Shown: positions 52,777 through 63,303 of the stretch, piece after piece | Layout: each line of letters opens with the position of its first letter | Position numbering within the stretch: the stretch's first letter is position 1 | NCBI RefSeq assembly: GCF_001194135.2 | Contig: NC_068985.1 | Location: 50,200,935-50,264,934, forward strand | Direction: 5' to 3' | Length of the DNA: 64,000 bases | Origin: Octopus bimaculoides | Taxonomy: Eukaryota | Notes under the pieces: model-generated | What the model was told of the DNA's origin: nothing | What the model saw: only the letters and a program-made list of their open reading frames with translations | Database searches by the model: none | Translations under genes and position numbers: made by a program

Positions 52777-53004
52777 CAATTCGCATGCTTGTGAAGGAAA
52801 GTGTACTTTGTGTGTAAGAACGTGTGTGTGTGTGTGTGAACGTGTGTGTGTGTGTGAACGTGCGTGTGTGCGTGCGTGCGCGCGTGTGTTTGATAGTGTT
52901 CATCAAAATTAATTGTATACATGTTTGATTCCCGATTTTCTTCCCCAAATTTGTAGCCTTGTACGTATGTTAATATTCATTTTGTAATATACAAAGAATT
53001 TGAC

Positions 53005-53252
53005 TAGCGGTTCCCAACCGGAGTCCACATGGCCCTTGGGAGGCCATGTAAGATTTTGTTGTTAAAATTTATCTGCAATAAATTGGCTATACATCTGAAA
53101 TATATAAAATATTTTATATAACTTCTAATAATATTTTATTCTAGAAATATAAAAGGGTTTTGATTTTTAAAAAATCGAATGGCTAAGAGGGTCCAACGGA
53201 GTAAAATGGGATTGAGCAAAATAGGATTGAATAAAATGGTTGAGAAACGCTG
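53005..53252. mobile_element. hAT/Charlie-type MITE, copy 1
   Basis: Ends tagcggttcccaacc / ggttgagaaacgctg. The interior is similar to the copy at 53528. Confidence 0.6.
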
Positions 53253-53527
53253 ATTTAGACTCCGAATTTAATACTACTCTTTAAACCCAGAGCCACCAGA
53301 TCAAATAAATTTATGGTTATTAATGTCCAAACAGTGATGACCCTCTTTTATTTTAGATAGTGTATTAATAGCAACATTAGCTAACGTCTCGTTAAAATAA
53401 AAATTGGTTAGTCGTGTGTGATTTGGGAATATTTAGTGGTAATATCTAACAGGTCGAGAGACCACGTAGTGATAAGATAAATAGAAAAATATATGTTTAT
53501 GACATTCAGTATGACTTCACTCTAGAA

Positions 53528-53764
53528 CAGTGGTTCTCAATCGGGGCTCATAGACCTTGGGGTGGGGGTGGGTCCCATATAAGATGTTGTTATTAAAATG
53601 TATGTGCAATAAACTGGTTAAATTTTCGACAATGCATAACATATTTTAATTTTTTAATTATTAAATTCCTAATAATATTTAATTATAAACATTGTACAGC
53701 TATGGGGTCCATCTGTATGAATAAGGATCAAAGGTGTCTATTGGCAAAAAATGTTGAGTATCAC
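53528..53764. mobile_element. hAT/Charlie-type MITE, copy 2
   Basis: Starts cagtggttctcaa right after a ctctagaa target-like site. The right end tgttgagtatcac is degenerate. Confidence 0.55.
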
Positions 53765-54044
53765 AAATTATGGCTTATTTATTGTAACGATCATCACCCT
53801 GTCTACCTTGTCGACCTTGACCTGTTCATCTTTTGCTTGACATTTTAGCGGTATTTTCCATCTAACTGCTGTCTCTGAAATACCGACATCAATACAGTGT
53901 AACCTTTCTAGACTAATCGCAGACTAACGTCCAGTAATAAACATTGACTCTCTTCAATCGAACTCACATTCAGACCCCAATGGTCGAAGACTAGCCTCGC
54001 GTTTGAAACTCAGGGTACCAAAGATTCTGAATCAAACTATTTTG

Positions 54045-54088
<44 letters not shown>

Positions 54089-54448
54089 GTCTATCTATCT
54101 TCATATATATATATCTGTCTATATACATATATATATATAATCTGTGAATACTTTCTTCAGAATAAATATACATGCATGTTTTTGTGCATCTATCTATTTA
54201 TCAATCTATAATATACATAATATATTTGAGTGTGTATACTGACATTAGTATATATGAGTAATAAATAAAACAAACTTTAACTGATACATTTTCTTTTTAT
54301 ATGAAATATACATTTTTTAAATGTGCGTTTATAAGTATAAAAGTCGTCAATATCTGAATATTCATAAGTTACTGAGGATATAATATTGATCAAAATTGAT
54401 ATAGCAACGTAGTTCCCAATATCGTTGCAGCGTTTATACAGTTGACCT

Positions 54449-54495
<47 letters not shown>

Positions 54496-54719
54496 GTTGT
54501 TGTTGTTATTATCACCACCAATATTATCATCTTCACTAATTAGTTTTTGTTCGAATGATAGTGTTCATTTACTACAAATACTGCTTGAAATAATGTCATT
54601 AAAAATAAACAGTACTCGATATTATAAATAGAAAACAACATGGCTGTAGAATATCAGTAAAATGTACATTTCCTGAGTTTATAGTGATTGGTTAATTGCT
54701 GTAACATTATTAGGATTAT

Positions 54720-55445
54720 TAAGTTAAGTGATGATGTATTGAATGTCGTACGCAAACAATTCTTCACTGATTTCTCTCTTTGTTGGAGCAAGTAAACAGA
54801 AATCTAGTGGCGAATATAAGCGACCCTCAAGGTTAACGGGAGATAATTTCAAGAAATTAAGATTTAATTTCTTAAAGTTATTTTGAATGCTTAGACGGAA
54901 AGTCTGATTTCTGTTTATTGGCAAGGGACGACTACGGAGATGTTTCGGTCTATTAGGCCTCATCAGCGTAGTCTTGTCTACTGATCAGCTGATATTGTTT
55001 TTTTTTTCTGGTCAGTATAATCTGTATATGCTTAATTAAGATGGATTTCTCTCAAAGAGTCGATTGGTTAGGTTTGAAGGGATATATGTAGATTGGGGAA
55101 AAGGGAAGCATTTGTCAGGTTTAAAGATACCATGGGAGACTGGGAGAAGCTTGATTGGTCAAGATCATAAAGAAACAAGGACGAAAGCGAGAAAAGTATT
55201 GGTTGGTAAAGAGAGCGATAGATTGCTCTAGTTTATACGGACTTAGGGATATTGAGAGAGGTGTAATGATTTGTTAGGTTCACAGACACAAATCGGTTAA
55301 GTTTGCAGATACAGATTGGGAAACGGGGCATTGATTGATCAAATTTATAAAGATGTAGGAAGAGTGAAACAGAAACAATGTTTGGTTAGGATTAAAGAGA
55401 TAATGGTGGATTGGAAGTTGTATATTTAGTTGGTCATTTTAAACA
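54720..55445 (-). mobile_element. Probable PLE pseudo-LTR fragment carrying the 54930 hammerhead
   Basis: A pyrimidine-rich minus-strand tract leads into the HHR and is followed by a short ORF (54724-54963). No recognisable RT motif. Confidence 0.35.
54930..54973 (-). ncRNA. Type I hammerhead ribozyme (partly decayed), downstream of the noggin-like CDS
   Basis: Reads GACTACG CTGATGA GGCC-taata-GACC GAAA CATC TC CGTAGTC. Stem I is a perfect 7 bp and the core is intact. There is one mismatch in stem II, and stem III is ACATCT rather than the palindrome ACATGT. Confidence 0.7.
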
Positions 55446-55551
55446 TCAGTGATGGAAATGATGCACTATCATATAGACAGCTGAAACTAGATCGTAGATT
55501 TAATTAGAAGAGAACTTGCTGCTCTGGCACGTCATTTCCCACAAATAATGA

Positions 55552-55557
55552 TTTATT
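55552..55557 (-). terminator. Candidate polyadenylation signal (AATAAA) for the noggin-like mRNA
   Basis: An AATAAA on the minus strand about 305 nt after the stop codon. The region is AT-rich, so a chance match is possible. Confidence 0.3.
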
Positions 55558-55861
55558 TGTGAACCGAAAAGTCACATACTTATAGAGGAAAAGGACATGT
55601 TGTGCAATAACGTTCATGCTTTTCTCAAAGTTATAACGGCATATGTGAAGTGAAAGAGTTTCAAAATCAGTTTGCGGAGATGACTCACCACGGGCGATCG
55701 AATAATATTTCGAATAGTGATAATAAAAAACAATAAATTAAGCGAAGGGAAATATTTAAAGGATTTAGACAGAAAAAGCAAAATATTTCTGCCAGTCAGG
55801 AGTAGTTCAGTTATCAATTTATAAAGTATACTAAGCGTCATCGCTTTTATATGCCGTGTCA

Positions 55862-56614
55862 TCAGCACGTACAGAAGCATTCATCAATAATTGGATAGGG
55901 AATTTTTTCCCAGCGACACCGTCGTCTAAGACTTTTCCGTCGATTAATTCCGTTCCTTACCGAACCCAACTTAAGACTAGTGCTCTTAGATCTATTCGAC
56001 ACCTTATTACCGGGTCGATCTTTACAGTTCCATCTTAGCAGATGGATAATTTTACTTTTTGCAGACACGCAACGCATGCCAGGTGGCCACGAACACTGTC
56101 CATTGTCGGTGCAACTTCCCTGCCGTATCCATGGCGGCCAAAAAAATTCTCCCACGTTAACCCAGGAATACTGAACTGGACATGAAGATTTTTTTACAAG
56201 CCACATTTTAATAGCAGCGATAATTTGTGTATCAGGAGCCATTGCGGTGTTGTTATCATAGGTTAAATTAATCTTTAGGTCTTTCACTGCATCTTGCATC
56301 ATGCTGTCAATTGGATAGTCGACGTATGTCAAAGATCCATTTTTGTTCTTTGGTTTATTAATAGACATCACATTGGGATTGAAATCCTTTCCCAAAATTT
56401 GTAAAAGTTTTTTCTTTCTTCGTCTCCTTGGTTTTGTTGTTAGTATTCCATGTGAGTTGTGCTTGAATTGGGAATTAGGATTATGTTTAAAGATCCTTTC
56501 AATCCCATAATCCGAAATGGCAATTGACTTGGGATAGAAACTGGTGGCAAAAAGTTCATTTAGCATGAAGGTGTTGAAAATGTACCATAACATTGCTAGG
56601 CTTCCACTTTTCAT
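55862..56614 (-). CDS. nog-like: Noggin-family secreted cystine-knot protein of the noggin-like type (250 aa, single coding exon)
   Basis: Uninterrupted ORF from ATG at 56614 (the ORF track starts at an upstream GTG at 56620) to TGA at 55862. The N-terminus is hydrophobic. LLQILGKDFNPNVMSINKP aligns by eye with noggin [20 protein letters not shown]. The C-terminal domain WLVKKSSCPVQYSWVNVGEFFWPPWIRQGSC...CSWPPGMRC...LLRWNC...CRWEKIPYPIIDECFCTC carries all nine noggin cysteines. Confidence 0.93.
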   Translation of the reverse strand: MKSGSLAMLWYIFNTFMLNELFATSFYPKSIAISDYGIERIFKHNPNSQFKHNSHGILTTKPRRRRKKKLLQILGKDFNPNVMSINKPKNKNGSLTYVDYPIDSMMQDAVKDLKINLTYDNNTAMAPDTQIIAAIKMWLVKKSSCPVQYSWVNVGEFFWPPWIRQGSCTDNGQCSWPPGMRCVSAKSKIIHLLRWNCKDRPGNKVSNRSKSTSLKLGSVRNGINRRKSLRRRCRWEKIPYPIIDECFCTC

Positions 56615-56636
56615 CTTCACAGCAATTTATTGAAAC

Positions 56637-56660
56637 CTGCCAAAGAGAAAGAAAAGAAAT
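56637..56660 (-). promoter_or_regulatory. 3' splice acceptor of a 5'-UTR intron of the noggin-like gene
   Basis: The minus strand reads atttcttttctttctctttggcag|Gtttca: a strong polypyrimidine tract and CAG/G, 22 nt upstream of the ATG. Confidence 0.75.
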
Positions 56661-57058
56661 CATGAACACTAGAATATTTTATGAAATAAACAAACAATGG
56701 TGTTCTAGTTAGGGCTAAAACTCTAAAGCTATAAGAAGACAACTTTAATTTGTAGTTGTAAGAATGACTGAGGAGATGTATTGTCAAATGCAATATATCC
56801 TAGTCGCGATCATCCCAGCTATTCACCCAGTTTTCAGCACCCTGAACTTCATTATCCAAAATGTTCATTTGTAAGACCGTAAAGTATAATCTGCTTGTTC
56901 TACTAGATCGATCGATCACTTATAGGCACTTATAATGCGGGTCATTCGGAGGCGTTGGCAAAAAACATCTGCCCAAAATATCAGTGACGGCGAAGCGAAC
57001 ATCACGATAATTCAACGAAGCTAAGCTGCATCCATATAAACACTTGTTTACATGCATG

Positions 57059-57107
<49 letters not shown>

Positions 57108-57215
57108 CACGTAAGTATATTTGCATATGCATATACATGCATCCTATATGTGCATGAACAATCAACAAATTTATATATATATACTTTATTAAAAAGCAGT
57201 AAAAATATCGCAAAC

Positions 57216-57255
57216 ACTGTTACTCAGAGTTTCACGTTCCCGTTCGTCGGACAGT
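57216..57255 (-). ncRNA. Type I hammerhead-like motif with U4C core variant, upstream of the noggin-like acceptor
   Basis: Reads ACTGT CCGACGA ACG-GGAA-CGT GAAA CTC-T-GAG TA ACAGT. Stems I-III are perfect, the loop is GNRA and the triplet is GUA, but the core is CCGACGA instead of CUGANGA. Confidence 0.6.
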
Positions 57256-57344
57256 TTTGTTTAGAATGGATCAAGATAAAGTTATCTGCAGAAATACAAT
57301 GACATTGATTGATACACATTTGAAAATGGTTTCGTTTCATTGCT

Positions 57345-58310
57345 TCTTTTAACTAACGGTCTTTTCAATAACCAGTTGCATGAAATATTGTCGATTTTTA
57401 CCCGTCAATATCTAAGCTTTTGCTTCCAAAACCATTGGACTACGCCAAGCAGTATGTCACCATCGATAGCTCGGAAATAGATATCCTGCGTGCAAAGAAT
57501 CCCCTTCCTTTTTATGATGATTCCACTTGGGTCAAAAAGAGTGAGAATTCTCCTCTCCATGTACCGATGGGGGCATATGATGGGGCGGAGTTGTGTATAC
57601 TTATAGGAGCTTATATTTTGCATAATCTGCATCTAGAATTCCCTTTTATATATGCAGGATTATACAGGGATGACGGTCTTATAGTCACCCATAAACTTAG
57701 GAAGAATCTGATTACTTTCTTCCAAAGAATGGGCTTACGGACTACGATAGAAAGTAACCTTAATAACGTAGATTTTTTTATATATCAACTTAGATTTGCA
57801 ATTAGATAAATTTAATCCCTACCGTAAGCCTAATGAAAAGCTATGTTATATTAGCAAAGAATCTAATCACCCATCCGTAACCTAGTTAGTAATGTAGGAA
57901 GGTAAATATCATCAATTTCTTCAGATGAAACAGCATTTCAAAATGCTGCGCCGTATAATGCATTAAGGAAAAGTGGATTCTCGAAGATCCAGTATAGTCA
58001 AGCTAATTCTGACAATAATAGACCACGTACAACTAGAACTAAGGAGGTTTTGTGGTTTAACCCCGCATTTAATATTGCCGTAAAAACTAATCAAAGTAGG
58101 GAATTCTAAAAATTAGTTTCTAAACATTTTCAATCTAGCCATAAGTTCTACAGAAATTTTAATAGAACACTGGTGGTTAGCTATTCTTGTTGCAAAAACT
58201 TCACCTCTTTTATTATACAGGATAACACGAAAATTATTACATCATCTGTTCCAGAGACGCGAGTTCTTAAATTCGTGCAGGCACGCCACGAGGTTTAAAA
58301 TGCTAATCGA
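57345..58310 (+). mobile_element. Penelope-like element RT fragment (GLYRDDG / WFNP type), degenerate
   Basis: VPMGAYDGAELCILIG...GLYRDDGLIV in the ORF track. Downstream are VLWFNPAFN, FNRTLVVSYSC and the terminal EFLNSCRH. The endonuclease region appears deleted. Confidence 0.85.
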
Positions 58311-58667
58311 TATAATACCGTATGGGTAAAATGTTTTGACTTTCGGAAAATTTTGTGCGTGCGTGCATACATATATATGCGTTTGTATATATTTATGTCT
58401 TGCCTATATATGTCTGTATATGTGTGTAGCCATGTACCTGCGTCTGTATGTTTAGTGTATATACGTATATTATAGATTTCTGGTATGTGTATATATTGCT
58501 AAATGTATATGTAATCTAGCGTGAAAAAAATTTTTAAACGGATATATCTTTTAATTTATTAATTTATTGTTTTTACAGCTAATTATTTTCCCTGGGTATT
58601 CAGGCCTTTTTTCTTCTTCATAAACTATTTTTCATTTAAGGTTTTCCTCGATTTATGTGCTTACTCT

Positions 58668-58739
<72 letters not shown>

Positions 58740-58773
58740 TGTATGTATGTATGTATGTATACACATACATATA

Positions 58774-59885
58774 CAGGGTGCATAAGGTATTTGAGGTCAT
58801 ACCTTTTTTGGCTCATTGCTGCATTGTTTGCTAGCTCTGTATAATTTTTGTTTCAGAAAATAATAATGGTAGACCCTCAGCTTACGCAAGAAATGAAGCA
58901 TGCTGTTATTGTGGTTATAAAGGTTGAGCATAGCGTTTTAAAAATATCTCGGCTTTTAGAAGTTGCCAGATCTTTCGTCTACAAAGTTTGTAAGGAGCTG
59001 GAGATGGAAACGTATCACCAGTACCAAAGCATTCTAAACGCTCTGAAATCATCAGAATGCCTGAATTTATCCAGCAAGTTAAAAAGACTATTGATTACAA
59101 TCCCAAAAAGTCCATGAGGTCAATTGCAAAAGATCTCCATGTGTCAGAAGGAACAGGCAGAAATGCTGTCCATGAAGACATCAGATATAAATCTTATATG
59201 ATGAGGAAAGGTCAATTTGTCAGAAAAAACAAAAAAAAAAAAATCACTGCATCAAATCTAAAAAGCTCTTAAACAAACAGAAAAATCCAGCAGAAGATTT
59301 AATTTGGTTTTTCTCAAACGAGAAAAACTTCGACCAAGATCAAAAAGTTAACAGGAGAAATGTCAGATGGTTATGTGCAGACCCTTCTGAAGTTCCAAGT
59401 GTTATGCATACACAATTTCCTGCAACTGTCATGGTTTACGGGGTTGTCAGCAATGAAAGACATGTGATGCCTCCTTACTTATTTCCACAAAGCCTTAGAG
59501 TTAACTCTGCCACCTACATTGAGATCCTGGAAATAAGTGTTAAGCCCTGGATAGACAGTGTATGCAATGGAAAGCCATATGTGTTTCAGTAAGACTCAAA
59601 ACTATCACACATGGCTCTAGTAACACAGGAATGGATGGCTGAAAGTTTTCATGATCATATAACCCTAAATTTTGGCCTCCTAATTCCCCAGATCTCAGTC
59701 CATTGGACTATTACATGTGGAGCGTTGTTGAGAGAGAGGTCAATGAACACGCCCATAACACCAAAGATTCTTTGAAAGCTGCCATAGTCAGAGCAATGTC
59801 CAAAATGAACTTGATTCGAGCATGTAGATGATTTAGATCTCATATAGAAGCAGTTGTTGAAGCTGAAGGTGGGTTTATTTAATAA
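58774..59885 (+). mobile_element. maT (DD37D, Bmmar1-like) transposase pseudogene
   Basis: Starts TA|cagggtg. Translations KSMRSIAKDLHVSE, WFFSNEKNF, VMVYGVVS, YVFQ*DS, WPPNSPDLSPLDYYMW and AEGGFI. No right TIR was found. Confidence 0.85.
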
Positions 59886-60624
59886 CATTATAGAATGCGA
59901 ATATAGATAGATGCATCGGTTAGGATGCGAAAATAATTGATACATATGTGATGGTAACGTAAACAAAGTCGTAATCCTTACATTAATTTTTTTGTTCTTG
60001 CGCTGGTAAATTCGGTGGGTAGAGGTTTGATTGTGGTAGACTGGTTAGTTTCGGTGGGTAATTAGGGCGGGGTGAGTATTATTTAGGTGTTGGGTTCCTA
60101 GTTTGATTAAGCACATTAATTAGGAACCCCACACCTAAATAATAGAACAGCACCCAACACGTAGAAACTGAAAAAAGCAGTTAAATATGGCCAGAAAAGG
60201 CTATTGTTTATAGCATCATAGCGCACTTTAAAGTGCAAGCATGGATACTAACAAATGGCCGAAACGTAATGTAGACAAAAAAGAATTTATTAATTTGAAT
60301 GCACTATGATTTTTAAAATGTGACTATTCTATGTATATTCTCTGTTTTCTTTAAACTATTAATTATTTCCCCTATATCGAAAAGAATGAAGTCTCCATAG
60401 GGACACCTGGACTTTCGGAAGTGAAAAGTACTAAAAATGGTCAAACTGACCGATCACAAATATTAGCACATAAACATACGAATGATATCCAGAATCATCA
60501 ATTGATAATAGCGCAAAACTGGCACCCGTAGGATAACATATCCTCACAAAAACTTCTTTACAAAGAAAAAGTTTTTTGAATACAGGCCTATATATACATA
60601 CATACATACATACATACATACATG

Positions 60625-60705
<81 letters not shown>

Positions 60706-61353
60706 NNNNNNNNNNNNNNNNNNNNNNNNNNNNNNNNNNNNNNNNNNNNNNNNNNNNNNNNNNNNNNNNNNNNNNNNNNNNNNNNNNNNNNNNNNNNNNN
60801 NNNNNNNNNNNNNNNNNNNNNNNNNNNNNNNNNNNNNNNNNNNNNNNNNNNNNNNNNNNNNNNNNNNNNNNNNNNNNNNNNNNNNNNNNNNNNNNNNNNN
60901 NNNNNNNNNNNNNNNNNNNNNNNNNNNNNNNNNNNNNNNNNNNNNNNNNNNNNNNNNNNNNNNNNNNNNNNNNNNNNNNNNNNNNNNNNNNNNNNNNNNN
61001 NNNNNNNNNNNNNNNNNNNNNNNNNNNNNNNNNNNNNNNNNNNNNNNNNNNNNNNNNNNNNNNNNNNNNNNNNNNNNNNNNNNNNNNNNNNNNNNNNNNN
61101 NNNNNNNNNNNNNNNNNNNNNNNNNNNNNNNNNNNNNNNNNNNNNNNNNNNNNNNNNNNNNNNNNNNNNNNNNNNNNNNNNNNNNNNNNNNNNNNNNNNN
61201 NNNNNNNNNNNNNNNNNNNNNNNNNNNNNNNNNNNNNNNNNNNNNNNNNNNNNNNNNNNNNNNNNNNNNNNNNNNNNNNNNNNNNNNNNNNNNNNNNNNN
61301 NNNNNNNNNNNNNNNNNNNNNNNNNNNNNNNNNNNNNNNNNNNNNNNNNNNNN

Positions 61354-61765
61354 GCTCTGGCAAGGGCGGTGTGGATAGTGGTGAGGGGATATCCACGAAG
61401 GATGAAGTGGCAAGCCATGAGTTGAGACTGAGTCTTAAAGTCATGGTTGTCGTTGCAGAGCCTGCGTAGAAGGGGGAATTGGGAGTAGTGGATGGAGAGC
61501 TTGGTGTGAGTAGAGTGGGAGGAGGAGAAGTTGAATTATGAGTGTGAGTCGGTGTGTTTGTAGTAGATGGAGGTAGTGAGAGCAGAGTTGTGTATGTTAA
61601 CTGAAATGCTGAGAAAGGAGAAGTGTTGGAAATGGTGCAGGAGAATTCGAGGGCAGGATGGGGGGATTGGACAAAAGAGAGGAAGGAGTCCAGTTGTTCG
61701 TGGAAGAGCGAGGTCGCACCGATACAGTCATCAATATAACGACCGTATAGTTCGGAAGTGGGACA
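61354..61765 (-). mobile_element. Penelope-like element RT fragment (YIDD type)
   Basis: Minus-strand translations ELYGRYIDDCIGATSL..LDSFLSFV, HPALEFSCTIS..PFL and MACHFILRGYPLTTIHTALARA. Confidence 0.75.
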
Positions 61766-61845
61766 TGTATATATATATATATATATATATCTCGCTATGA
61801 TTGACTGCTAACTCTACAATTTTTTTATTCCCTTTCTGTTTTTTA

Positions 61846-63303
61846 AAAGAATATTTGCATAGTATTCAAACACAAAGGGCATTTTCCTTGTTTCTGCCTG
61901 TGTCTGTCTCTCTTGTTTACTCTTGTGAGTTTCTTTGGCATGAAAGTTTAGAGAAACTTAATGAATTTCAAGCATTTATAAATGGACTTGACATAAACAT
62001 TCAATTCACGATGGAATATAGCCATCAACAACTTCCTTTCCTCGGCTCATGCCACCCCAGACACACCAGAATGAATATCCCCTCAATCTAGCAAGAAGGA
62101 CATGTACTATACTTTCTAATGCAATCACCAGGGACACACGACTACATGAACTAAATGATGCACTCATTACCAGGAACTATTCAACTTCACTAATTGAGAT
62201 ATGCTTTCAACGTGCCCTACAACTCAACATCTACTAACTCAGACATCCCAAATTAAAGAATGATTCACCACCAAAAGCCATACCATACATCTCCACACAC
62301 AACCCTCTTAACAATGAAGCCTTCGACACCATCCTTCAAAATATTCCCCTACTAAAAAAGGACCACAGAATGAACTTAATCCTCCAAACACACACCGTCA
62401 TAAAAAGCAAGAGACAACCCACATCTATGAAAAGTCTCCTAACACAAGCCCGAATACGCTTCTCAACAACACTGAAACTGTCAGTAAAAAAATGCGGAAG
62501 ACCCAACTGTGGGATGGCTCTGCACAGATCCCAGATCAAAATTCCCCAAAACAGAAAAATAGCATTCAGCCAACATATCGACATTTGCACCAATAACAAG
62601 AATCCAAACTTCAGAATTTTCCCCTCTACCAATTCAGGGACGATACAACCTGTAGCCAACAAATTAGTAAAGAGACTCTCTTTATCACAAAATATAGACC
62701 CCTTTTGAACGCATTTACAACAAACAACATATCAACCACGGCCTTAGAATAACACAAACACACACGTAATTAGTAAAGATGATACACTCAAGAGATTCCC
62801 AAGAATTCATTAAAAAATAGTCCCAATCACTGCTATAATCCATAACGAATCACTTTTAGGACACTTGACCCTTTAACATACTACTACTATCATACCACCT
62901 GCATTCCTTTATTATTCTCCCTTCTCTTTCTCTTTCGTCTTCTTCCTCTCCGCCACTTCTTTCCTAACTTTACTACTATTGCTGTTTAAAATAACACCTA
63001 CGCAAATTTCATAAACAATACATTCAAAAGAGATGTCTCAAGAATTCAATCACTACTACCATCCACAACAAGTCACTTTCAGGGCACTTGACCATTTAAC
63101 ATCTTATTACTATTATGGCACTCCCGCATTCTCCTCCTCCTCCTTCTTCTTCTTCTTCTTCTTCTTCTTCTTCTTCTTCTTCTTCTTCTTCCCTGCCAAC
63201 AATTCACAACGACCTCGAACTCACAAGAGTAAACAAGACAGACAAAGACAGGCAGAAACAAGGGAAATGCCCCTTGTATTTGAATACTATGCAAATATTC
63301 TTT
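61846..63303 (+). mobile_element. 5'-truncated Penelope-like element bounded by inverted ~86-bp arms
   Basis: LNEFQAFINGLDINIQFTMEYS..LPFL, SCHPRHT..NIP, NLARR and the linker KCGRPNCG. The arms at 61846-61931 and 63218-63303 are reverse complements. Confidence 0.8.

Noticed and set aside
56615-56620. GTG start giving a 252-aa noggin-like ORF
   Set aside because: The track allows alternative starts. The first in-frame ATG is at 56614, and a second at 56593 is also possible.
60240-60275. GGCCGAAACGTA motif
   Set aside because: There is no upstream CUGANGA or matching stem II.
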